Of a stretch of 64,000 bases of DNA, positions 51,732 through 64,000 are shown one piece after another. The notes under the pieces were generated by a model. The model saw only the letters and a program-made list of their open reading frames with translations, was not told where the DNA came from and did no database searches. This DNA comes from Eledone cirrhosa. Its lineage: Eukaryota. Made by a program: the position numbers and the translations under genes. The stretch's first letter is position 1, and the number at the start of each line of letters is the position of its first letter. The stretch is taken from contig OZ024741.1 in assembly GCA_964016885.1 (NCBI GenBank), forward strand, positions 143,468,001 through 143,532,000, read 5' to 3'.

Positions 51732-52180
51732 TGTTACTCTTGCCACAACAATCCACTACAATGTTAAACTCTGAGTTACTCATCACCTAGCTGTTTAACT
51801 CCTGTCTCAGTATTCCATTGAAACATAAAATGTTACTCCTGCCACAAAACTCCACTACTTCACTCAGCTGCATAACCCCTTCATCTACACTCCATTACAG
51901 CACCCAGGTGTATTACCCCTTTGTAAAAACTCTACATCACCTAGCTATCTAACTCCTTCGTCAAAACTCGACATCCCACCCAACTATATTACTTCTGCCA
52001 CAAAGCTCTACTACATCAGTCAGCTGCATCCACTCTTGTCACCAAACTCCACTATATCACCCATCTCTATTGCCCCTGTCAAAAAACTCCACTATAACAT
52101 CCATCTCTTACCCCTTTCACAACACACTACACCATATATCCTTGTTACTTTACTCATCATTCCACTACACTCCACTAAAC
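51732..52180. repeat. Degenerate tandem repeat of about 40-45 bp
   Basis: Recurring ttactc.tgccacaaaactccactacatcacc.agct. Confidence 0.7.
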
Positions 52181-52762
52181 CATTTATTTATCAAACTCTC
52201 CCACAGACATGATGTGTGCCACCATAACACCTTGGTACCTTTAGTCTATAAGATGTTCAGGTGGAGGCAGACTGGATTCATCTTCTCTCATATTGAGACA
52301 AAAAAAATAAGATTTGGAAATACTTCACAATTGAAGAAGATAACTTTGTATACATTACTGTTTTTCCTCTTCCTCATTCTCACCTCTTCTTCTTAAGCAA
52401 CCAGTTAATCCTGTACATATCTGGCCCTTGGTTGAGATCATATGAGACTGGGGTAGAGAGGGTTTGATAGGTCTACAAAGATGCTCCACAACAATGTACT
52501 GCTGTGATTCTTTTCTTACATCATTGCTATCACAGTGAAGGAGGGAATGTTATCTTGGCATACAACAACCATCCTCTCCAGCTGTAGCAACGTCTTGATG
52601 AAACCAACCAGCTGCTTCACTACTGTCGCTATCTGTTAACATCATCATCATCATCATCAATAGCACCACCATCTTCTGTGATTTTTTTTGCCGTTTGATT
52701 GATTCAACATGGTGACATGATAGAGTTTACTAAACTATATATATATTGCACAGTTTTACTTA

Positions 52763-52814
<52 letters not shown>

Positions 52815-53161
52815 ATTCACAGTTCAAACTCAAACATGATTCAACAGTTTACCCTTTCATTTCTCCATCCAGTGTTTGAAAAGACAAGTTTGAGCCGTAA
52901 CATGGGTTCAATTTAAGCGACAACCAACAAACTTTAAAAACCTCCTTTACAAAATTTATTAAATTGTGCCAATGTCAGAAATCAGTACAAGAACTAGAAA
53001 AAAAGGGAGAAGAGCAGATTATTGTTGTTGTTGCTTTTTTTTTTTTTCTTCAATAAATAGGAGAAATATAACTGTAGTCATCTTCATTATTAACAGCATC
53101 ATCATACTTAATGTTTTTATTTACAGTTATGGTTTTCTTTTTTTCTTTTCTTTTTTTAAGA

Positions 53162-53310
53162 AGGTGGTGAATTGGCAGAATGGTTAGAAAAATAATGCCT
53201 TTGCAGTATTTGTATCTGTGCCCTGAGTTCAAAACCTACTGAGGTCAACTTGGCTTTTCATCCTTTCTAGGTCATTAAAAAAAGTACCAGTCCAGTACTG
53301 GAATTGATTC
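53162..53310 (+). mobile_element. SINE family A head
   Basis: A-box tggcagaatgg and B-box gttcaaaac, then ttttcatcc body. Confidence 0.7.
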
Positions 53311-53720
53311 TTCCTCTATATCTCTTTCTCATTTCCTTTCTTTCTACCTTTCCTTCTGTTGGAAGAAATTGGCTGCATTCAGACATGGAAAGGGGATAGT
53401 CTCTGCCAGATTTAAAATAGCCAAGACATGGTGTATTTTGTGCCACTACAACTCCAAAAGGAGTTATCGGTTCATACATATATTTTTGTCAACATGTAAC
53501 TGCAGAAAATAACAATGCATAGTTCTAAATGCTTTACAAGATTACAGGTTTGTCAGACTGACTCTGTAGTATAGTTGATTAAATTAGGACTTACACCCTC
53601 TGTCACCTCAAATATTACTATTTTATCAACACCCTCAGCCGCTATTTTCACTGTCAAGAGATGACAGACAAAATTACAGCCCAGTAGTAACAAATCTGGT
53701 TTTCTGTTAATATACCTATA

Positions 53721-53770
<50 letters not shown>

Positions 53771-54095
53771 CATGCCAGCATGGAAAATGGATATTAAACG
53801 ATGATTATATATATATATACACACACATACATATATAAATATACATATTTATATATCTATGTGTTATTGATGGACATGAGAGTGAGTACTCAATACTGGA
53901 GTAGAGTTTAAATATTCATTTATTATGGCTAAGTAGTGAGTCTAGTTATTACTCCAAAGTTTCATCTGTGCACTCAGGATCATAAGACAAGACCTATTTC
54001 TATATATAGGTAAGTTATTCCGGGTTGAATCGGAGGTAACCACAGTAAGTAAGGTACTCAATACATAGCAGAGTATAAAAGTTTTAAAAAAGATG

Positions 54096-54146
54096 AGATT
54101 CTACAGGACTAGAACTGTTTCATTCTTAAGAAATCAACAGGAATCT
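54096..54146 (-). ncRNA. Type I hammerhead ribozyme-like motif (A6 variant)
   Basis: Minus strand AGATTC-CTGTTGA-TTTCTTAAGAAT-GAAA-CAG-TTCTAGTC-CTG-TA-GAATCT: 6-bp stem I, stem II hairpin, stem III, GUA triplet. Confidence 0.6.
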
Positions 54147-55779
54147 GGCTTAACAAAATAAATGTTGTGGTATTTATATATTTTCAGGTGGTAGGAGAGG
54201 GTAGGGAGTGGGATGGGTGGAGGTCATTGGTTAAAAGAAAAGGGAATTCATTAAAAGCTAATTCTTTAAAAGAGTAAAACATAAAATTGGCCTTAACGGT
54301 GTCACAGACAGTTAAATAAAATTAAATTAAGTACTTAGCTAGTGTTGGGTCTTATGAGTTGCTCATTGATATAATTTTATACTATGGGATAAGAAATGCA
54401 AGTATATAAATTTGTATTATGAAGTATGTATGTATGTCCTGGTGTAGTTATTAAAATACAAGAGAATTATATTGAATGTTAGGCAGTGAGTGAATTTCAA
54501 AATGAAATAAGATAACAAATATAAATATATAAGTGATACCAAGTAATATGTAATGTCAGAGCTGAGATATAATATAAATACCTGAAGATCACTAAACTAT
54601 GAAGGTAAAAGGTAAGAGTTCAGTCAGTACAAGATATAGAAATTCCAGAAGAAATAGAAGGGTTCATATAGATGCATCACACAGTTGAGAAAGTCCATCA
54701 AAATTCTCCTTGGTCCTTACGGATATATGTAGCAGTGTACGATGTGGTTTGGGCTCTGAGGTAGACTAATTTTCAGCATGTAGCCCTGGTCTGGGGTGGT
54801 AGTCATCCTAAGTAGGTGTCAGGGTCTCTGTCCTCCATTACATCACGAAGCGCTTGACTATAAAAGGAGCTGTATTCATTTATGTTTAGCAGTTCACAAC
54901 TGGATAGAACTGGTCATTCTGTTTAGTTAACCATGATGTAATAGTAGGAAAAGCACTACATTACACAATTCATCCAACGTTGGTGTAGGAACGGAGTTAA
55001 ATATTGGTTTGATTAAAACAACAAGAGGCCGGATTGGTGATGTTCTTTTAAAGTTTTATTGTTGCAAAAACACTTTATATTTCAATGGCCTGGTTACGTA
55101 ATTCAGAATTCTTTGCTTAAACTTTAATCTGTACTAATAAATATTTGCTCTGTGGATTTATATATACTTATATACATACAATCCTTATCGAGCCCTCTTC
55201 AGATTTTGGTCTTTGTATTTATTATTACTATATATATGTGTTTGTATATGTGTGTACATATATACTCAATTTCTCTCATAAATCCTAGTTCAACTCATGG
55301 CCATGGCCTAATTTCACTTAGAACTTCTGGTTCAAAATCTTGCTGTGCCATAATTGTTCTAACAATCTTTGGCATAACCCATGGCTATGACCCAATTTGA
55401 TTTGGATTTGGATTTGAACTTAGAACTTGGGGGAAAAGTTATATACCCTATGTCTAGTCTGGAGAATTCTTATATTACTTGCAAAAAAAGAAAACAAATC
55501 TCACTAAAGGAATTTGTTAATTATTTCAAGTAAACTCATTAGACTTTTTCTGCCCTCTCCCTCCCACTCTTCTTACATTAGTCTTCTTCTTCTCCTCTTT
55601 CACTTCCCAACCCTTCTCATACAGCACAGCAAGTCTCCATAATGATTCCATGATGTTTGATTCTGTCCAATAATTGCACTAGTTTGTTGTTATTTCAGCA
55701 CTAATACAGCAGAAACATCAACAACAGGGGACAATTCACACACAAATTCTTCACATCTGTTCATTTGACCGACTTTCTT

Positions 55780-56185
55780 TATAATAATAATGGTTTCTGA
55801 TTTAAGCACAAGGCCAACAATTTTGGGGGAGGCGAAAGTCGATTAAATCGACCCAGTGCATTAATGGTACCTTATTTTATCAACCTTGTAAGAGGATTTG
55901 AACCCAGAACATAAAGGGATGTAACTACATGCCACAAAGCACGTTGTTCAACACTGCCAATTCAACGCCCTTAGGTTTCTGATTTAGGCACTAAACTAAC
56001 AATTTTGGAGGAGGGGAAAGTTGATTAAATTGACCCCAGTTAGTTACTGGTACTTTATTATATTGCCCCTGTAAGGATGAAAGGCAAAGCTAACCTCAGC
56101 AGGATTTGAACTCAGAACATAAAGGGCAGGAACTGACTACATGCTTCAAAGCATTTTGTCTGACACCCTACCAATACTGCCAAAA
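55780..56185 (-). mobile_element. SINE family A, two tandem copies
   Basis: Two full units ending in ctgccaattc / ctgccaaaa (reverse A-box). Confidence 0.78.
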
Positions 56186-56480
56186 TAAAAAATTGATATA
56201 GTATATCCTCTTCTTACTTGGGCCCTGGAACATTGAAAGAGTTGTAGAGTTACCATCATGACATATGGTGTGTCTTAATCACTTAATGTCTGCTAGAGTC
56301 CATCCCTTTCCTGGTCTGAACACATCCAATTTCTGAGAAAGAGAATTTGCTCCAGCCTGAAAAAAGGAAAGGTAAAGTTAATCTCAGCAGCATTTGAATT
56401 CAGGGCAAAACAAATACTGCAAGGCATTCTCTCTGAGCTCCTGATAACTCTACCAATTCACTTCCTATACAGAATATTAA

Positions 56481-57156
56481 CCCTTTTGATACCAAACTGC
56501 CTGGTTTTATACCAAAACTGCTCATTTAAAAGTTTTCGTACTTAGATTAAAATCTTTCATCACAATTCTATGTAAGGATCTTTATTAAATTATATTCCAA
56601 ACACCAACTTAATAATTGTTTCTACTTTAGGCACAAGGCCAGCAATTATCCAGTGCATTACTGGTACTTTATTTTATCGACCCCATAAGGATGAAAGGCA
56701 AAATCAACCTCGGCGGGATTTGAACTCAGATCATAAAGGGACGTAACTATGCTGGAAAGCATGGCATCCAACCCTCTACTGATACTGCCAATCCACCGCC
56801 ATCAACCGGACGTCAACTTAATAATGGTTTCTAATTTAGGTACAAACCCAGCAATTTGTGAGGAGGGGAAAGTTGATTATATCAACCCCAATTCTTTACT
56901 AGTATTCTAATTTGTTGAGCCAGGAAGGATGAACGGCAAGGTGTTTTTCAGTGGGATTTGAAGTCAGAACCTAAAAAGTCATAGCTAAATATGATTAAGC
57001 TTTTTGTCAAATGCTCTACTGATACTGCCAATTCACCAACCTTAAAACACCAACTTAGTAATGAGAGTGTTAATTATATTACTAAGTCCCAATAAATTTT
57101 AAATTATTTGAAACACATATGCAGAGTATTTCAGAAGAACTATGGTAATGGAAGGG
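56481..57156. mobile_element. Second TTAA-flanked MITE family
   Basis: TTAA|ccctttt...tggtaatggaaggg|TTAA; related copies at about 1206-1433, 1586-2032, 2898-3053, 12198-12360, 31110-31405 and 34377-34630. Confidence 0.7.
56610..57045 (-). mobile_element. SINE family A, two copies nested in a TTAA MITE
   Basis: Flanked by a near-duplicated aacaccaactta(a/g)taat. Confidence 0.78.
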
Positions 57157-57424
57157 TTAAAACAAGTCAAACAATAAGTACATATAACAACAACCCTCTA
57201 GCAGAGATGAAAGTCCACTCACCTAGGAAGGACCAGGCATATTGCAACTCAGACTGATCACTTTTTGCTCTGATTATTTTTTGCAAACTGAGTTCTTCAA
57301 AATTGCCTGCAAGCAGTTTCAACCTTAGCCAAGATATGAAGGGCTACACATCAACTCAGGATGAGTAGCTCTTCATGATGATATATATATATATATACAT
57401 GCATGTATGTAAGTTTGTGGCTAC

Positions 57425-57750
57425 AGCATGGCTGAATAGTTGAGAAATTCGTTCTCAACCATAAGGTTCTAGGTTCAATACCAGTGTGTGATATCTTAGA
57501 GAAATATCATTTATCAAGCCTTGTTAATGAAATTGGGTAGACAGAAACTGTTTTAAAGCACATCTGATACATTGTACATGTAATTCAAAGGGCCAGCCTT
57601 GTCACAAACTATATCGTGTTGAATCTCCTTGAGAACTATGTTAAGGGTTCATGTGTTTGTGGAATGCTCAGCCACTTGTATGTTAATTTCACAAGCAGGC
57701 TATTCTATTTATTGAACTACAACACTCGTCATCATAACCAACGAAGGTCC
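57425..57750 (+). mobile_element. SINE (tRNA head + family B body)
   Basis: tggctgaatag A-box, ggttcaatacc B-box, aattcaaagggccagccttgtcac body. Confidence 0.7.
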
Positions 57751-57919
57751 ATTTCCATTTTTTTACATGCATAGTGTATGTTTAGGTGTCCGAGTGTGTG
57801 TATGAATATGTGTGTGCATGCATTTATGTATATATGTGTGTGTATATATACAAATGTGTTTACATATACATGTATTTCAGTTGGTGTGCGTAATTTTGGC
57901 CACATTGACATAGAGACCA

Positions 57920-60202
57920 ATTACATAGAGACCAAGAGGGAAGCTAGGCGACAAGTATACTTAGCTAGGAGGGAAGCAGAGGATAGAAAATTCAAGCATG
58001 TTTTACAACGTGAGGACCAGAAACAGGAGGTATTCAAGATTGCGAGGCAGTGTGTCAGAGATAGTTGTGATGTCATTGGAGAGAAGTGTATCCGGAATGA
58101 TAAAGGTGAGCTTGCCCTCACAAGTGCTGAGAAGAAAGATGCATGGAAGAGTCATTATGATAGATTACTAAATGAGGAGAATGCATGGGAAGAAGAGACC
58201 CTACCCCACGTAGACCCTATAGAGGGACCAGCAGTACAAGTCAGCGGCAGCGTAGTAAGTAAGGCAATCAGAGATATGAAGATAGGGAAGGCAACCGGTC
58301 CATCGGGTATAGCTGCCGAGATGCTGAAGGCATCTGGGTCTGTAGGTCACACTATAACCACACGTATCGTTAACCAGGTAATACTAGAGGGGGCCATACC
58401 AAAAGATTGGTGCAGTAGCATCATTGTCAACTGCTACAAAGGTAAAGGCGATGCACTAGATAGAGGAAACTATAGAGGTATAAAGTTGATGGACCAGGTC
58501 ATGAAAGTAACAGAAAGAGTTATAGCACAGCTGATTAGGGACCGGGTGAATATAGACGAGATGCAATTTGGGTTTGTTCCAGGGAAAGGCACCACTGATG
58601 CGCTCTTCCTTGTGAGGCAATTACAGGAAAAGTACCTAGCTAAAAGTAAGCCACTCTACTTGGCATTTGTCGACCTTGAGAAAGCCTTTGACAGAGTTCC
58701 ACGTGCAGTAATCTGGTGGGCTCTTAGAAAACTAGGAGTAGATGAATGGCTTGTGAAAGCGGTACAAGCCATGTATAGGGGAGCAGTCAGCAAAGTTAGG
58801 ATTGGCAATGAGTATAGCGAGGAATTTAGCGTACAGGTTGGGGTCCACCAGGGCTCTGTTCTTAGCCCTCTCCTGTTCATCATAGTCCTGCAGGCAATAA
58901 CGGAGGAGTTTAAGACCGGATGCCCATGGGAACTCCTGTATGCTGATGACCTCGCACTCATAGCTGAATCTATGGTAGAACTAGAGAATAAATTCCAAAC
59001 CTGGAAGCAGGGACTAGAGAGAAAGGGCCTCAAAGTCAACATGACAAAGACTAAGGTCCTTATAAGTAGACGAGAAAACAGAACCCAGATCCCCTCAGGG
59101 AAATGGCCTTGCTCAGTATGTAGGAAAGGTGTAGGTAGGAACTCCATTCTTTGCCCCAAATGCAAACAATGGGTACACAAGAGATGTAGCGGGATCTCAG
59201 GAAGCTTAATTAAGAATGTAGGATTCACATGCAGCAGCTGTGCTGAAACAGCAAGCAAACAGCCACAGGAAACAAGTACCACCAATCTCTGGGAGGGCCC
59301 TGTAGAAACAGTAGACAGCTTCTGCTACCTAGGTGACCGAATTAGCAACGGAGGTGGGTGCTCAGAAAGTACAATAACTAGGGTAAGAACGGGATGGAAG
59401 AAGTTTAGGGAACTACTACCACTGCTAGCTGCAAAAGGCTTCTCCCTCAGAATGAAAGGCAGACTGTATGATGCGTGTATCCGAACAGCGATGTTGCATG
59501 GTAGTGAGACCTGGGCGCTGAAGGTGGAAGACTTACGTAGATTAGAGAGAAACGAAGCCTGCATGCTCCGATGGATGTGTAACAGTAATATACGTGAACG
59601 ACAAAGCATAAATGAATTGAGAGAGAGACTGAGCATAAGAGGAATCAAATGCTGCGTGCAGGAGAGGCGGTTACGCTGGTATGGACATGTGATGCGTATG
59701 AAGGATGACAGCTGCATAAAAAGGTGCAGAGCACTAGAAGTTGATGGAAACCGCGGAGTGGGGAGACCCAAGATGACTTGGGATGAGGTGATAAAAGCCG
59801 ACCTTACCCAACTACACCTCTCAAAGTCAATGACACACGACCGTGACTTCTGGCGTCACGCAGTAATACAGGGTACCCGACCTCCCATGGGTACATGCTG
59901 AAGCATATAAACGATATGCCCCCCCCCCCCCACCGCAAGGTGGTCGTGGAGGTGCCACGGCAAAACAGCACCCAGCCCACACTGTAAAGTGGACGTGTAG
60001 GCGCCACGAAAAAGCACCCAGCACTCACTGTAAATGAGGTTGGTGTTAGGAAGGGCATCCAGCTGTAGAAATCAAGCCAGATCAGTTCCTGTATGAGCAA
60101 GGCATGGTCAGCCGACCAGACACTGCCCACAACAGGACAACCCGTCTAACCCATGCTAGCGTGGAAGAACGGACGTAAAACGGTGATGATGATGATGATG
60201 AT
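57920..60202 (+). mobile_element. Young 5'-truncated RTE copy with intact RT-PHD-C-terminal frame
   Basis: Near-identical to 7680-9961 reversed; (GAT)n tail; TSD attgaca at 57904-57910 and 60201-60207. Confidence 0.94.
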
Positions 60203-60467
60203 TGACACCAATTTGTTACAGAAAGATGTCACCAGAGCCAACATCTGCTACAAATACCCATCAAATCATGATAATCCTCCACTATTGCTATTAATACTAC
60301 TTCCACTACCACCACATCAATACGACTAACTCCTCTATCACAACTTCCACTACCACTATTAATACCACTAACCCTCATCTACAACAATCAACACTATCAC
60401 AAAAATCACCACAACATCCTTAACCACACCTCATAGTGTAAATTCTTTTCAATCTGATTCACCTTAA

Positions 60468-60687
60468 CCCTTTAGCATTGACATTACTCTATATATACTA
60501 TTATATTTTCATGGTAAAGGCTTTACCTTACATAATTATCTCACATAATAACAAATCTATGAGATTTTGAGATTATTTATTTTGAGAACAATACCTTAGC
60601 ATCAGTATGAGTGGCCGGTTACAGCCAGTTTGAACAGAAAGACGTGAGAGAATCTGACTGGATACAGCTAGTTTAAATGCTAAAGGG
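60468..60687. mobile_element. piggyBac-type MITE
   Basis: 12-bp perfect TIR ccctttagcatt/aatgctaaaggg with TTAA on both sides; other copies at about 51328-51521 and 21810-22333 (interrupted). Confidence 0.85.
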
Positions 60688-61619
60688 TTAATTTAAGATA
60701 TTTTCCCCCAGTCAAATCAATGACCAACAGCTTCCCTACTGTTGATGCCACAATGGAGTGCACCCAGTACACTCCAGGATTGTTGGTTGTGGACAAGGCT
60801 TCCAAACAGTAGAAACCATACTGAAAAAGATTTGAGAGGATCCTTCAGTCATAACAAATCAACTTCTCTCTTGTGATAGTGCCACAAAAAATGCACCCAG
60901 TGCACCATCAAGAGGGTTGGTGATAGGAAGAGCATCCAGCCATAGAGAACTTAGCAAAAAAGCTAGAGAGGATTCATTAGTTATGTCAAGGGCAAAGCAA
61001 TCTCTCTAGTGTTGGTGATATGATAAAATATAATTTGTAATGTGGTTGGTGGTAGGAAGCGTATCCAGCTGTACAGAACTTGCCAAAACAAAGAATAGGG
61101 TGAACTCTTCAGTTTTGTCAGAAACCCTGAACCTGTAAGCTTTGACATAGTTGCTCTACCTGCTAAAACAGCAGCCAAACCTCTTTCAAATCACACCCTA
61201 CTTTTTCAAAAATTGAAGGACACATTGGATGATGCAGTTGCTAGATACATTCTATAAAAAAAAAGACAAGATGGTCAAGGCTGGAATGCCTCATGTCACA
61301 GGTCTGTTTGGTCAGCTTTGTTCTGAGGCTAAAAAATAATCTAATCAGATCTGACCTGTGACTAAACAATAACTATATTGATTTATGATGTTATGATAGA
61401 CTTCACATCACACTACCAAGAAAAAAGGGTCAAGAAGGAAGCCTCTACATGGTCACTCGACTTGCTAGAATTAGCAACCAAAACTCCTTCAAATTACACC
61501 ATACTGTCTTAAAAATGGAAGGACATAGTGGATACTATAGTCTTCAACACATTGTAAACAAATAAAAACAGGATTGTCATGGAAAAGAGATAAAGCTGGT
61601 CTGAAAACACTGTACCCAC

Positions 61620-64000
61620 ATCAACTGGCAGTAAAAAAAACTGAAAAAAACTCTGGGAAACTAAATCAGAACAACCTGCCATCCCCTGCACATCATAGAC
61701 TGAAATCAAGGTACAAATCGTTGTCCTTAAATGCACATAGTCTATGCAATAAGATACATCTTTTTGATTCCTACGTCAAAATTATCGACCCTGACGTTAT
61801 TACAGTAATGGAAACATAGGCACATTCCTTACTCTGTGATGGAGTTTTCAGCATAGCTGGCTACAACTTGTTTCGTAAAGACCGCATTAATTGTGGTAGT
61901 GTAATGGTCTACATTCGTTCAAACTTTTCAGCAATTCCTTGTGTTGATTTGAACCAATCGCAGCAAGAAGTATTTTTCTGCGATATATGTATGACCATGT
62001 CAACACTGCTACTTGGAGTTGTTTACCGTCCCCCAAATTACCATCAGGACACTCAGCTTTATGATATCCTCAGAGCTGTTGCCAGGAAAACAGCCACCTA
62101 TGTTTTATTGCAGGGGACTTCAATCACCCTGAGATTGACTGGGAAACCTTTCATTGGCCACAAAGTGCAAATGATTTCTTTGAGCTGGACTGGACTCGAA
62201 CTGGTCCTAAGTAGTCACCTCCCGAATAAGAGGTGACAACACTTTGGATCTACTCTTCACCACTACTCCTGAAACAGTTATTAGTGTTACTACTGAGGAA
62301 CCTTTAGGTGACTCTGATCATGCTATGACCATTGCCAATCTGTCCTTCATGGGCAGTAACAAAAACCACAACCATCTCCAAACTGCTCACTTTGACTGGA
62401 ATAAAGCAGACTGGAACTGTTACTACACCGAGCTGCAACGTCCAAACTGGCTTGAATTTTACAACTCTGGAGATGTCAACACTGTACTCCAGAACATCCT
62501 GAACTCAATATGGACAGCATATGCAGCATCAGTGCCACGTAAGCAGAAAAAACATCCCAAAAATGCAATTTGGGAGACTGCAGCAGTCCGTCTTGCCAGG
62601 AAAGAACATCGTAATGCTGAACGTGAGTACAAACTGCATAAATCAGATTTCAACAGGAAAAACCAAAATAAATCATCCAACCATCTTAAGCAGGTGACAA
62701 AAAAGGCAGTGCTTGAATTTGAACAGCGCATAGCAACCAACCCTGACAGTAACGTGTTCTGGAAATATGTACATTCAAAGCAGAGGCCTCACCCTCCAGT
62801 TGGTCCTCTTCGCAATCCCCACACAAGCCAGATTACTGACGACTCCAAGGAATGCGCAGAACTCATTGCTGAAAGCTATGCAGGCATTTTCACTGTTGAA
62901 GACTAAAATGTACCATCTCCACCACCTCTGACATTAAATTCTATTACAACTATGGAATTTACACCTGCAATGCTGCGACGTCACCTTAAAAATAAACACA
63001 ACCATGCCTCTCCTGGTCTTGATGGTGTTACGTACCTGCTTCTCAAACGTGGTGGGTATTTCCTTCTGCACCAGCTATCACTCTTCTTTCAATTCTGTCT
63101 GAACATCAGTGCTACTCTGGAGCAGTGGAAAACTGCCAGTGTCATTTCTCTGTTCAAAAAGGGTGACTGCACGTCACATGTGAACTATCATCCAGTCAGT
63201 CTTACTAGCTGCATTGCTAAACTGATGGAATCCTGTGTCAGAGAAACACTTTATAACTTCTGGAATTCTCAAAGTCTTATCCAGCCCTTGCAATTTGGAT
63301 TTATCCCTAACTCCAGTCGAGTTTCTTGAAGACATCACCCGGATCACTGATGGCGGCTCATGGGTGGATGTTGTTTACCTTGACTTTGCTAAAGCTTTCA
63401 ATTCTGTGCCACACAAAAGACTTATGGCAAAACTCTCTGCAATGGGTGTTAAGGATGATCTTTTTAACTGGTTGAAGTCCTTCATTCTCAGTCGAAGAGA
63501 GGTAGTCACGGTTCTAGGACAGCATTCCTCAGGGTATGAGATGTCATCTGGTGTACCACAGGGATCTGTTCTTGGTCCCCTTTTGTTTGTGGCATATATT
63601 AATGACATAGATGCCAACTTAAAGAATGCCACAGTACTATGCACAGACATCAAGCTGTACCTTGAGATAAAAAGGACAGATCCTGAATACTATAGATCTT
63701 TCCTGCAATCAGACCTGGACACAATGCAACAATGGATCACGGACTGGCAACTCTAGTTGGCTGTGGACAAGTGTACCACCATGCATTTTGGGAGTAAAAA
63801 CCGAGCGTCCACATACTCCCTCCACAACACTAATGTCAAGAAGTCTTCTAGTGAACGTGATCTGGGCATTACTGTCAGCAGCGATTTGCGTTGGACGAAG
63901 CATGTCTCTAAAATTGTCTAGAAGGCCGAGGGTGTCTTAGCATCACTCAGCAAGACCTTTGTCAGCCGCTCTCCAGCTATCTATTTAAAGCTATATATAG
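61620..64000 (+). pseudogene. Degenerate CR1/L2-group LINE ORF2 (APE + RT), runs off the window
   Basis: LNAHSL, FRKDR, VYRPP, GDFNHP, LGDSDH; SPGLDG, PVSLTS, QFGF, YLDFAKAF, GVPQGSVLGPLLF, ERDLGI; multiple stops and frameshifts. Confidence 0.88.

Noticed and set aside
57778-57919. N-terminal extension making a 707-aa ORF
   Set aside because: The first roughly 47 codons are TG/TA-rich flank that happens to be in frame with the truncated RTE; nothing supports a fusion gene

Overview
AT-rich, repeat-dense eukaryotic DNA; the SINE/LINE families and microsatellites suggest an octopus or related coleoid cephalopod (inference). The only host gene I can support is the 3' part of a Tousled-like kinase (TLK) on the + strand: 10 coding exons from 12857 to 35093. 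They splice in frame with GT-AG boundaries and encode the last coiled coil, the full kinase domain and a C-terminal tail; the upstream exons appear to lie outside the window. The rest is mobile DNA. It includes a young RTE-clade LINE family (one full-length 1039-aa ORF at 7980-11099, two near-identical truncated copies, several older subfamilies), a degenerate L1/Tx1-like LINE, a CR1-like LINE, a CRE-like fragment, a mariner fragment, tRNA-derived SINEs, TTAA and hAT-type MITEs and minisatellites. The main observation is a C4HC3 PHD-type zinc finger inserted inside the RTE reverse transcriptase and kept across subfamilies. Other points: tandem monomers in the RTE 5' UTR, templated or snap-back 5' junctions, hammerhead-like ribozyme motifs, tandem repeats anchored on TLK splice donors, and a possible intronic polyadenylation site that would remove the kinase domain.
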